Source: Laetmonice hystrix (lineage: Eukaryota). Taken from it: DNA of 64,000 nt. The position numbers were made by a program, and so were the translations under genes. Below, in pieces: positions 46,448-58,492 of the stretch. The notes under the pieces are model-generated. The model was given only the letters and a program-made list of their open reading frames with translations. It ran no database searches and was not told the DNA's origin. Numbering within the stretch: position 1 is the first letter of the stretch; each line of letters begins with the position of its first letter. The DNA lies in NCBI GenBank assembly GCA_965235115.1, contig OZ249436.1:45634001-45698000 (forward strand). Direction: 5' to 3'.

Positions 46448-49400
46448 TTCGTAACTGACCGCTCCGTCAGTACACATGGCTGACTGCACTGTCAGCCTTG
46501 GTGACGGGTTGTCGTAACTGACCGCTCTGTCAGTACACATGGCTGTCTGCACTGTCAGCCTTGGTGACGGGTTGTCGTAACTGACCGCTCTGTCAGTACA
46601 CATGGCTGTCTGCACTGTCAGCCTTGGTGACGGGTTGTCGTAACTGACCGCTCTGTCAGTACACATGGCTGACTGCACTGTCAGCCTTGGTGACGGGTTG
46701 TCGTAACTGACCGCTCTGCCAGTACACATGGCTGACTGCACTGTCAGCCTTGGTGACGGGTTGTCGTAACTGACCGCTCTGTCAGTACACATGGCTGTCT
46801 GCACTGTCAGCCTTGGTGACGGGTTGTCGTAACTGACCGCTCTGTCAGTACACATGGCTGACTGCACTGTCAGCCTTGGTGACGGGTTGTCGTAACTGAC
46901 CGCTCTGTCAGTACACATGGCTGACTGCACTGTCAGCCTTGGTGACGGGTTGTCGTAACTGACCGCTCCGTCAGTACACATGGCTGACTGCACTGTCAGC
47001 CTTGGTGACGGGTTGTCGTAACTGACCGCTCCGTCAGTACACATGGCTGACTGCACTGTCAGCCTTGGTGACGGGTTGTCGTAACTGACCGCTCCGTCAG
47101 TACACGTGGCTGACTGCACTGTCAGCCTTGGTGACGGGTTGTCGTAACTGACCGCTCCGTCAGTACACGTGGCTGACTGCACTGTCAGCCTTGGTGACGG
47201 GTTGTCGTAACTGACCGCTCCGTCAGTACACGTGGCTGACTGCACTGTCAGCCTTGGTGACGGGTTGTCGTAACTGACCGCTCCGTCAGTACACGTGGCT
47301 GACTGCACTGTCAGCCTTGGTGACGGGTTGTCGTAACTGACCGCTCCGTCAGTACACGTGGCTGACTGCACTGTCAGCCTTGGTGACGGGTTGTCGTAAC
47401 TGACCGCTCTGTCAGTACACGTGGCTGACTGCACTGTCAGCCTTGGTGACGGGTTGTCGTAACTGACCGCTCCGTCAGTACACATGGCTGACTGCACTGT
47501 CAGCCTTGGTGACGGGTTGTCGTAACTGACAACTCTGTCAGTACACATGGCTGACTGCACTGTCAGCCTTGGTGACGGGTTGTCGTAACTGACCGCTCTG
47601 TCAGTACACATGGCTGACTGCACTGTCAGCCTTGGTGACGGGTTGTCGTAACTGACCGCTCTGTCAGTACACATGGCTGACTGCACTGTCAGCCTTGGTG
47701 ACGGGTTGTCGTAACTGACCGCTCCGTCAGTACACATGGCTGACTGCACTGTCAGCCTTGGTGACGGGTTGTCGTAACTGACCGCTCCGTCAGTACACAT
47801 GGCTGACTGCACTGTCAGCCTTGGTGGCGGGTTGTCGTAACTGACAACTCTGTCAGTACACATGGCTGACTGCACTGTCAGCCTTGGTGACGGGTTGTCG
47901 TAACTGACCGCTCTGTCAGTACACATGGCTGACTGCACTGTCAGCCTTGGTGACGGGTTGTCGTAACTGACCGCTCTGTCAGTACACGTGGCTGACCGCA
48001 CTGTCAGCCTTGGTGACGGGTTGTCGTAACTGACCGCTCCGTCAGTACACGTGGCTGACTGCACTCTCAGCCTTGGTGACGGGTTGTCGTAACTGACCGC
48101 TCCGTCAGTACACGTGGCTGACTGCACTGTCAGCCTTGGTGACGGGTTGTCGTAACTGACCGCTCCGTCAGTACACGTGGCTGACTGCACTGTCAGCCTT
48201 GGTGACGGGTTGTCGTAACTGACCGCTCCGTCAGTACACATGGCTGACCGCACTGTCAGCCTTGGTGACGGGTTGTCGTAACTGACCGCTCCGCCAGTAC
48301 ACATGGCTGACTGCACTGTCAGCCTTGGTGACGGGTTGTCGTAACTGACCGCTCCGTCAGTACACATGGCTGACTGCACTGTCAGCCTTGGTGACGGGTT
48401 GTCGTAACTGACCGCTCTGTCAGTACACATGGCTGACTGCACTGTCAGCCTTGGTGACGGGTTGTCGTAACTGACCGCTCTGTCAGTACACATGGCTGAC
48501 TGCACTGTCAGTCTTGGTGACGGGTTGTCGTAACTGACCGCTCAGTCAGTACACATGGCTGATTGCACTGTCAGCCTTGGTGACGGGTTGTCGTAACTGA
48601 CCGCCCCGTCAGTACACATGGCTGATTGCACTGTCAGCCTTGGTGACGGGTTGTCGTAACTGACCGCTCCGTCAGTACACATGGCTGACTGCACTGTCAG
48701 CCGTGGTGACGGGTTGTCGTAACTGACCGCTCCGTCAGTACACATGGCTGACTGCACTGTCAGCCTTGGTGACGGGTTGTCGTAACTGACCGCTCCGTCA
48801 GTACACATGGCTGACTGCACTGTCAGCCTTGGTGGCGGGTTGTCGTAACTGACCGCTCCGTCAGTACACATGGCTGACTGCACTGTCAGCCTTGGTGACG
48901 GGTTGTCGTAACTGACCGCTCCGTCAGTACACGTGGCTGACCGCACTGTCAGCCTTGGTGACGGGTTGTCGTGACTGACCGCTCTGTCAGTACACGTGGC
49001 TGACCGCACTGTCAGCCTTGGTGACGGGTTGTCGTGACTGACCGCTCTGTCAGTACACATGGCTGACTGCACTGTCAGCCTTGGTGACGGGTTGTCGTAA
49101 CTGACCGCTCTGTCAGTACACATGGCTGACTGCACTGTCAGCCTTGGTGACGGGTTGTCGTAACTGACCGCTCTGTCAGTACACATGGCTGACTGCACTG
49201 TCAGCCTTGGTGACGGGTTGTCGTAACTGACCGCTCCGTCAGTACACATGGCTGATTGCACTGTCAGCCTTGGTGGCGGGTTGTCGTAACTGACCGCTCC
49301 GTCAGTACACATGGCTGACTGCACTGTCAGCCTTGGTGACGGGTTGTCGTAACTGACCGCTCTGTCAGTACACGTGGCTGACCGCACTGTCAGCCTTGGT

Positions 49401-52400
49401 GACGGGTTGTCGTAACTGACCGCTCCGTCAGTACACATGGCTGACTGCACTGTCAGCCTTGGTGACGGGTTGTCGTAACTGACCGTTCTGTCAGTACACG
49501 TGGCTGACTGCACTGTCAGCCTTGGTGACGGGTTGTCGTGACTGACCGCTCTGTCAGTACACGTGGCTGACCGCACTGTCAGCCTTGGTGACGGGTTGTC
49601 GTGACTGACCGCTCTGTCAGTACACATGGCTGACTGCACTGTCAGCCTTGGTGGCGGGTTGTCGTAACTGACCGCTCTGTCAGTACACATGGCTGACTGC
49701 ACTGTCAGCCTTGGTGACGGGTTGTCGTAACTGACCGCTCTGTCAGTACACATGGCTGATTGCACTGTCAGCCTTGGTGACGGGTTGTCGTAACTGACCG
49801 CTCTGTCAGTACACGTGGCTGACCGCACTGTCAGCCTTGGTGACGGGTTGTCGTGACTGACCGCTCCGTCAGTACACGTGGCTGACCGCACTGTCAGCCT
49901 TGGTGACGGGTTGTCGTAACTGACCGCTCCGTCAGTACACATGGCTGACCGCACTGTCAGCCTTGGTGACGGGTTGTCGTAACTGACCGCTCCGTCAGTA
50001 CACATGGCTGACCGCACTGTCAGCCTTGGTGACGGGTTGTCGTAACTGACCGCTCCGTCAGTACACATGGCTGACCGCACTGTCAGCCTTGGTGACGGGT
50101 TGTCGTAACTGACCGCTCCGTCAGTACACATGGCTGACCGCACTGTCAGCCTTGGTGACGGGTTGTCGTAACTGACCGCTACGTCAGTACACATGGCTGA
50201 CCGCACTGTCAGCCTTGGTGACGGGTTGTCGTAACTGACCGCTACGTCAGTACACATGGCTGACCGCACTGTCAGCCTTGGTGACGGGTTGTCGTAACTG
50301 ACCGCTCCGTCAGTACACATGGCTGACCGCACTGTCAGCCTTGGTGACGGGTTGTCGTAACTGACCGCTCCGTCAGTACACATGGCTGACCGCACTGTCA
50401 GCCTTGGTGACGGGTTGTCGTAACTGACCGCTCCGTCAGTACACGTGGCTGACTGCACTGTCAGCCTTGGTGACGGGTTGTCGTAACTGACCGCTCTGTC
50501 AGTACACGTGGCTGACTGCACTGTCAGCCTTGGTGACGGGTTGTCGTAACTGACCGCTCTGTCAGTACACGTGGCTGACCGCACTGTCAGCCTTGGTGAC
50601 GGGTTGTCGTAACTGACCGCTCCGTCAGTACACATGGCTGACTGCACTGTCAGCCTTGGTGACGGGTTGTCGTAACTGACCGCTCCGTCAGTACACATGG
50701 CTGACTGCACTGTCAGCCTTGGTGACGGGTTGTCGTAACTGACCGCTCCGTCAGTACACATGGCTGACTGCACTGTCAGCCTTGGTGACGGGTTGTCATA
50801 ACCTACCGCTCTGTCAGTACACATGGCTGACTGCACTGTCAGCCTTGGTGACGGGTTGTCGTAACTGACCGCTCTGTCAGTACACATGGCTGACTGCACT
50901 GTCAGCCTTGGTGACGGGTTGTCGTAACTGACCGCTCTGTCAGTACACATGGCTGACTGCACTGTCAGCCATGGTGACGGGTTGTCGTAACTGACCGCTC
51001 TGTCAGTACACATGGCTGACTGCACTGTCAGCCTTGGTGACGGGTTGTCGTAACTGACCGCTCTGTCAGTACACATGGTTGACTGCACTGTCAGCCTTGG
51101 TGACGGGTTGTCGTAACTGACCGCTCTGTCAGTACACATGGCTGACTGCACTAGCTGTCAGCCTTGGTGACGGGTTGTCGTAACTGACCGCTCTGTCAGT
51201 ACACATGGCTGACTGCACTGTCAGCCTTGGTGACGGGTTGTCGTAACTGACCGCTCTGTCAGTACACATGGCTGACTGCACTGTCAGCCTTGGTGACGGG
51301 TTGTCGTAACTGACCGCTCTGTCAGTACACGTGGCTGACTGCACTGTCAGCCTTGGTGACGGGTTGTCGTGACTGACCGCTCTGTCAGTACACGTGGCTG
51401 ACCGCACTGTCAGCCTTGGTGACGGGTTGTCGTGACTGACCGCTCTGTCAGTACACATGGCTGACTGCACTGTCAGCCTTGGTGGCGGGTTGTCGTAACT
51501 GACCGCTCTGTCAGTACACATGGCTGACTGCACTGTCAGCCTTGGTGACGGGTTGTCGTAACTGACCGCTCTGTCAGTACACATGGCTGATTGCACTGTC
51601 AGCCTTGGTGACGGGTTGTCGTAACTGACCGCTCTGTCAGTACACGTGGCTGATTGCACTGTCAGCCTTGGTGACGGGTTGTCGTAACTGACCGCTCTGT
51701 CAGTACACGTGGCTGACCGCACTGTCAGCCTTGGTGACGGGTTGTCGTGACTGACCGCTCCGTCAGTACACGTGGCTGACTGCACTGTCAGCCTTGGTGA
51801 CGGGTTGTCGTAACTGACCGCTCCGTCAGTACACATGGCTGACCGCACTGTCAGCCTTGGTGACGGGTTGTCGTAACTGACCGCTCCGTCAGTACACATG
51901 GCTGACCGCACTGTCAGCCTTGGTGACGGGTTGTCGTAACTGACCGCTCCGTCAGTACACATGGCTGACCGCACTGTCAGCCTTGGTGACGGGTTGTCGT
52001 AACTGACCGCTCCGTCAGTACACATGGCTGACCGCACTGTCAGCCTTGGTGACGGGTTGTCGTAACTGACCGCTACGTCAGTACACATGGCTGACCGCAC
52101 TGTCAGCCTTGGTGACGGGTTGTCGTAACTGACCGCTCCGTCAGTACACATGGCTGACCGCACTGTCAGCCTTGGTGACGGGTTGTCGTAACTGACCGCT
52201 CCGTCAGTACACATGGCTGACCGCACTGTCAGCCTTGGTGACGGGTTGTCGTAACTGACCGCTCCGTCAGTACACATGGCTGACCGCACTGTCAGCCTTG
52301 GTGACGGGTTGTCGTAACTGACCGCTCCGTCAGTACACATGGCTGACTGCACTGTCAGCCTTGGTGACGGGTTGTCGTAACTGACCGCTCCGTCAGTACA

Positions 52401-53755
52401 CGTGGCTGACTGCACTGTCAGCCTTGGTGACGGGTTGTCGTAACTGACCGCTCTGTCAGTACACGTGGCTGACTGCACTGTCAGCCTTGGTGACGGGTTG
52501 TCGTAACTGACCGCTCTGTCAGTACACGTGGCTGACCGCACTGTCAGCCTTGGTGACGGGTTGTCGTAACTGACCGCTCCGTCAGTACACATGGCTGACT
52601 GCACTGTCAGCCTTGGTGACGGGTTGTCGTAACTGACCGCTCCGTCAGTACACATGGCTGACTGCACTGTCAGCCTTGGTGACGGGTTGTCGTAACTGAC
52701 CGCTCTGTCAGTACACATGGCTGACTGCACTGTCAGCCTTGGTGACGGGTTGTCGTAACCTACCGCTCCGTCAGTACACATGGCTGACTGCACTGTCAGC
52801 CTTGGTGACGGGTTGTCGTAACCGACCGCTCTGTCAGTACACATGGCTGACTGCACTGTCAGCCTTGGTGACGGGTTGTCGTAACTGACCGCTCTGTCAG
52901 TACACATGGCTGACTGCACTGTCAGCCATGGTGACGGGTTGTCGTAACTGACCGCTCTGTCAGTACACATGGCTGACTGCACTGTCAGCCTTGGTGACGG
53001 GTTGTCGTAACTGACCGCTCTGTCAGTACACATGGTTGACTGCACTGTCAGCCTTGGTGACGGGTTGTCGTAACTGACCGCTCTGTCAGTACACATGGCT
53101 GACTGCACTAGCTGTCAGCCTTGGTGACGGGTTGTCGTAACTGACCGCTCTGTCAGTACACATGGCTGACTGCACTGTCAGCCTTGGTGACGGGTTGTCG
53201 TAACTGACCGCTCTGTCAGTACACATGGCTGACTGCACTGTCAGCCTTGGTGACGGGTTGTCGTAACTGACCGCTCTGTCAGTACACGTGGCTGACCGCA
53301 CTGTCAGCCTTGGTGACGGGTTGTCGTGACTGACCGCTCCGTCAGTACACGTGGCTGACTGCACTGTCAGCCTTGGTGACGGGTTGTCGTAACCTACCGC
53401 TCTGTCAGTACACATGGCTGACTGCACTGTCAGCCTTGGTGACGGGTTGTCGTAACTGACCGCTCTGTCAGTACACATGGCTGACTGCACTGCCAGCCTT
53501 GGTGACGGGTTGTCGTAACTGACCGCTCTGTCAGTACACATGGTTGACTGCACTGTCAGCCTTGGTGACGGGTTGTCGTAACTGACCGCTCTGTCAGTAC
53601 ACATGGCTGACTGCACTGCCAGCCTTGGTGACGGGTTGTCGTAACTGACCGCTCTGTCAGTACACATGGCTGACTGCCAGCCTTGGTGACGGGTTGTCGT
53701 AACTGACCGCTCTGTCAGTACACATGGCTGACTGCACTGTCAGCCTTGGTGACGG
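46448..53755. repeat. 63-bp satellite array, ~7.3 kb, ~116 copies
   Basis: Unit gtaactgaccgctc(c/t)gtcagtacac(a/g)tggctgactgcactgtcagccttggtgacgggttgtc. Confidence 0.97.
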
Positions 53756-55064
53756 ATTGCCTTAAATATCTTCTTAAAATCAAAGGTAGATACTAGAGAA
53801 TCTACAGGGTGTCCCAGAAAAAAATAATCCTATACAATACTATACTATACTAATACAATACAATACTATCCTATACTATCCTATCCAAATGTATATTATA
53901 TATACGGTAAGGGTTCCTGCAACTTGGGCTATCTCCTCTTCTGTGCCAAAGTTTACGCCACTCAAACTGCTCGAAATATCTGCTACATAATTATCCTCCC
54001 ATGTGACATAGGCTCCTTTATATATTTTTTTTCAATGTTCACTTCCATATCGTTTTGTTTGCTCATTCGTACACCTCGTCGGGGTTTCGGTCGCCATTTT
54101 GTCGGCTGCTATACAGGACGCCAGGTGGTAAAGATTCCCAATAGGAGTCAGTGGAGCGTGTCCCATAGAGTGACCAGTGCCCAGAACCATTAGCCCTCTA
54201 TTTTACGCGCGCTGTGCAAAAGCAAATGGGGGTGGGCATGGAGTCCGCGTGGCCCGTGAAAATAATCCCACCACTATTTCTATGCAGTCCTTGCTTTAAA
54301 GTGGTTTTTGCACGTCGTGTGGAATGGCACAAAACGCCTCTCTGACTTATGTATACGTATATATTTATAGTGCTAAATAAACATATATGTCTGATCATTT
54401 CGGATCATTTTCATGTGCTCTTTTAGCGCCCCCTTTAATTAGGCGAACAATGGTGCTTAAGTGCAAACCCGTGCAGCGCACGTCCAGCTAAACATAAGTA
54501 AGATTTTAAGATTTTAGGAACCGGGCCTGGCCTACTTGTTGTCCCAAAACGGATTCTGCGTGCCACACCAGAGACTTTAGAAGAATTCACGCACAACTAC
54601 GTCCACCGTAGACCAGCGTGCGAATCAAGCCATATTAAATTCTGTTCTGCTAGTGGAGGACACTCTACGCCGCTGCTACACCTCCTACCTCACAGCCGTG
54701 ACTTTTTACGACTTATTCGGCGCCTGTTTTATGCACTCGGCGTAACATTACGCCTTTACTTTGCGACTGAGATACGTCGGACGTACGCTATAACGCCCGT
54801 TTTCTGCACTCGGCCACTGGAAGGTACATCGCCCGTGATAAGACTTTAGACTATCCCTAACCCCTAACCCCGGTCCCTACACCTCCCCAAAAAATATCCC
54901 TATCCTATCCCTATCCCCGACCTTAACCCGAACCCCTGCCTGAACATTTTGTTGGGAAGTTATCATGGGGGAATAACCCACTGGGGAGCAAGGAACGCTC
55001 CGACAGAACAGGAGGCGATTGGGAGTGGTGGTGGAAAACAACGTCTTGTTTCAATGGGGAAAGG

Positions 55065-55321
55065 AAGAAGAAGAAGAAGAAGATGAAGAAGAAGCAGAAG
55101 AAGAAGAAGAAGAAGAAGAAGAAGAAGAAGAAGAAGAAGAAGAAGAAGAAGCAGAAGAATAAGAAGCAGCAGCAGAAGAAGAAGAAGAAGAAGAAGAAGA
55201 AGCAGAAGAAGAAGAAGAAGAAGAAGAAGAAGAAGAAGAAGAAGAAGAAGAAGAAGAAGAAGCAGAAGAAGAAGAAGAAGAAGAAGAAGAAGAAGAAGAA
55301 GAAGAAGCAGAAGAAGAAGAA
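55065..55321. repeat. (AAG)n microsatellite with CAG interruptions
   Basis: Direct reading. Confidence 0.92.
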
Positions 55322-55807
55322 TCAACACAATTAAGGGCCTATTCCTTGTCACCAGACATTCTCTTTTTTTAAAGAAAAAAAAAACTACCTGCAGCAGATA
55401 TACACTCTCCCACATGTTAGACGTTTCTCGGCTTCCTTTTATGTATCGAGAGTTAGCCACAAGTATCACAGCTCGTCGCTTTTCAGATCACACATAGAGG
55501 TCTAACCACTTTTTTATATACGTCGGCGTCACCATGCTGAGCTCGCCGAGTCCACTGCAGTAAACATGATAGTGTGAGCTAATGAGGACTACCACCGTAA
55601 GGCGTCACGTGTCTAGCGTATCTCATGCATCTCACAGGGACTACAGACGCGTAGACATTTATGGTCATGTATATAGAACGATGCCGCAATCCTAGGGACG
55701 ATTATTGATTACAGGATAGTAATATCAACGGAGATGTAACATTTATAGCGAGTGGACGATCAGTTCAACAGCGTCTCCGTTCTATCCTGACTGACTACAC
55801 AGAGTAG

Positions 55808-55968
55808 ACTCGGACCTCAGGAACATGGGGACACACACACGGACCTCCGACTCGGACCTCAGGAACATGGGGACACACACACGGACCTCCGACTCGGACC
55901 TCAGGAACATGGGGACACACACACGGACCTCCGACTCGGACCTCAGGAACATGGGGACACACACACGG
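55808..55968 (+). repeat. 42-bp tandem repeat (~3.8 copies) covering the start codon of secreted protein B
   Basis: Unit gactcggacctcaggaacATGgggacacacacacggacctcc. The last copy runs into the signal peptide. Confidence 0.9.
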
Positions 55969-56242
55969 ATGTTCTCTTTCCTACTTTTCGCTGTTCTCGT
56001 CAGCATCAACATCACACCGGCATACGTCAAACGTCAAGGTTTGTAAGCTATCCTCGCCGTTTATCTGGTCCCTGTGGAACAGACATTAAGTCTCACTTAG
56101 ATGCTTAAGACAACATTATTCAATATGATTATCGACATGGTCCAATTGAGTTTCCAAACATGTGGGCGAGTGTACATCCGCTTCAGGGAGTTTTTTTCTT
56201 AAAAAGAATGTCTCGTTACAAGGAATGGACAATTAATTTCCG

Positions 56243-56273
<31 letters not shown>

Positions 56274-57982
56274 TTAAGAAAAATATTCACACTCCCTTCA
56301 CATTGTTAATGTTACTTCCAACTCTCACAATAGAACCATAACAATATCTAAACCCCCAACTGCAGCTGTTGTATTTTGAACTGTAACAATATATTCCTTC
56401 ATAGACTATATAGACTATATAATTATTCCTTCCTTCGGATTTTTTCTATGTAAACATGTATAATTTTGATACACTATAGTCCTACAGGGCATGACATAAT
56501 CGACAAAGTCAGGGAATTATTTTCATTTCGGTCTTCTGGAAACTTATGGTTTAGGCGAGAAATATGATCACCACTGCTCCATCCGAAATGTTTTGAGAAC
56601 ACAGCCTGCGGGGTATAGAATGATATATATCAAATATATGTGGTCTGCATATGTAACGGATGAATAGGCGTTATATACTTCTTTCAGATGACCGTTCAGC
56701 TAATGGATTTACCCAGAAAAAGTTACTACCACAGGGCAGACAGATACCATGGGACGATCAACACAATATTCATGTGTTAAAACATCTCTCTTCCAATGCT
56801 CCCCATTCTCGTCACAAACGGGCCGCGTCAAAAGTCTACCATATTATTATGATTAAGGGGCAAGATGACAAATATGAACATGATGAAAACACACAAAAGC
56901 AAGGGGGTCAAAGGTCAAGTAAGGTCACCAGAGGGTACGCGAGAAGGACACGCTCGCGCCGTTACCCACGTGTTGATCTGCACCGATTGAGACGCGAACG
57001 CCGCTACAGATATCGGCACAGCTCATCCAGCGATCGAGATTACAAAAGTCGCGAGGTTTCCCGAGATTCTCGTTATCATTCTGCTGAGGCTGAGAGAGAT
57101 AGATACGAATCCAGGGATGCTTACCTCAGAGAACGTTCCCAATACCGCAGTCACCACCGTGACAGCCCACAGTATGGCTCGTTTGAAGTGGAAGAAGACA
57201 ACGACGAGCTTTACTTGGATAAACGACATTATAATACAAAACCACACCACAGCTCTGAGTATGATGACGACGGGATGTATGGTGAGTCGATGGGACACGT
57301 GACGGCTGATCACTCACCCTCAGACCGTGTGAAGCACACCTCCAGGCGGCATGGCCGTGACCGGCAAGGGTATGAACAAAACGACATGTATGGGGCTCAC
57401 ACGAGGGGTTCGACGTTCAGAGGCAAACATCGACCTCCCGACAAACGGCATTACTCACAGAGACAACAGCACAAGGGGACAGAACATGATCCGAAGTCCG
57501 AGACGACAAAGAAACCCGCCGTCAATAATTTGAATCTTGATTTGTCTTATGTATGCAATTCAGGCAACAATGTCAAAAGGACAAAGCGATCCGTTTATCC
57601 TGGGCTAACAGCCTTAGAGGTTGACCGAGCGCGTTACACAGACTTGGTTGATGCGCAAACTTATTCAACACCACACTACCATTACAATAGGCACTCGTCT
57701 GACAGGTATCACAGAAGTAAAGACTCAATCTCTGAAATTCTAGGCCTTCTCAGAAAATTAACATCACGAAGAAGCAGTGGCAAAAAAACCGACAATGTAA
57801 ATGTTGTTAGGAAAATATCCCGTGGTTATTTAAACGAATATTCAAACTCCAAGAAGTCCAAATCATCTCCGACAACTGGTACTCACGTAAATAATATAGA
57901 TTTGTCTCTTTCCTACGAATGCAATACAAATGGGGGAAGCGACATTAACGACAGAAACACAGCTTCAGGACCGTTATGGTAG
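55951..57982 (+). CDS. Uncharacterised secreted Arg/Tyr/His/Ser-rich proprotein B, ~460 aa. Exons 55951-56038 and 56688-57982 (alternative in-frame ATGs at 55825, 55867, 55909, 55969)
   Basis: Exon 1 encodes MGTHTRMFSFLLFAVLVSINITPA, with a hydrophobic signal-like core, and ends CAA G|GTTTGT (phase 1). Acceptor cttctttcag at 56687 joins in frame to a 1.3-kb non-repetitive ORF. Architecture and LSYxCN motif match protein A. Confidence 0.8.
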
Positions 57983-58018
57983 AAAGCAATGGCAACTTGA
58001 TGGAGGGAGACAAAAGCT

Positions 58019-58435
58019 GAAGAAGAAGAAGAAGAAGAAGAAGAAGAAGAAGAAGAAGAAGAAGAAGAAGAAGAACAAGAACAAGAACAAGAAAAAGAAG
58101 AAGAAGTAGAAGAAGAAGTAGAAGAAGAAGAAGAACATAGAGAGAGAGTGAGGGGGACACACAAAGACAGGGCGAGTGAGAGTGAGAGAGAGCTAGAGAG
58201 AGAGAGACATACAGACAGAGAGACAGAGAGAGACAGAGAGGGAGAGAGAGACAGAGACAGAGAGAGACAGGAATAGGCACAGAGAGAGAAAGTGTGTGAG
58301 AGAGCGAGAGACAGAGACAGCGACAGAGACAGGGGGAGACAGAGAGAGAACGTGTGTGAGAGAGCGAGAGAGAGACAGAGACAGAGAGCGAGAGACAGGG
58401 GGAGACGGAGAGAGAGAGAAAGTGTGTGAGAGAGC

Positions 58436-58469
<34 letters not shown>

Positions 58470-58492
58470 CAGAGAGAGAGAGACAGAGGAGA
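58019..58492. repeat. (AGA)n followed by (AG)n/(AGAC)n compound microsatellite
   Basis: Direct reading. Starts ~35 nt after the stop codon of protein B. Confidence 0.9.

Noticed and set aside
46250..53667. ORFs of 751, 869, 659 and 193 aa made of a 21-aa repeat
   Set aside because: By-product of a 63-bp unit lacking a stop in one frame. Broken by a stop and two 4-bp insertions, with no clear start, signal peptide or splice context.
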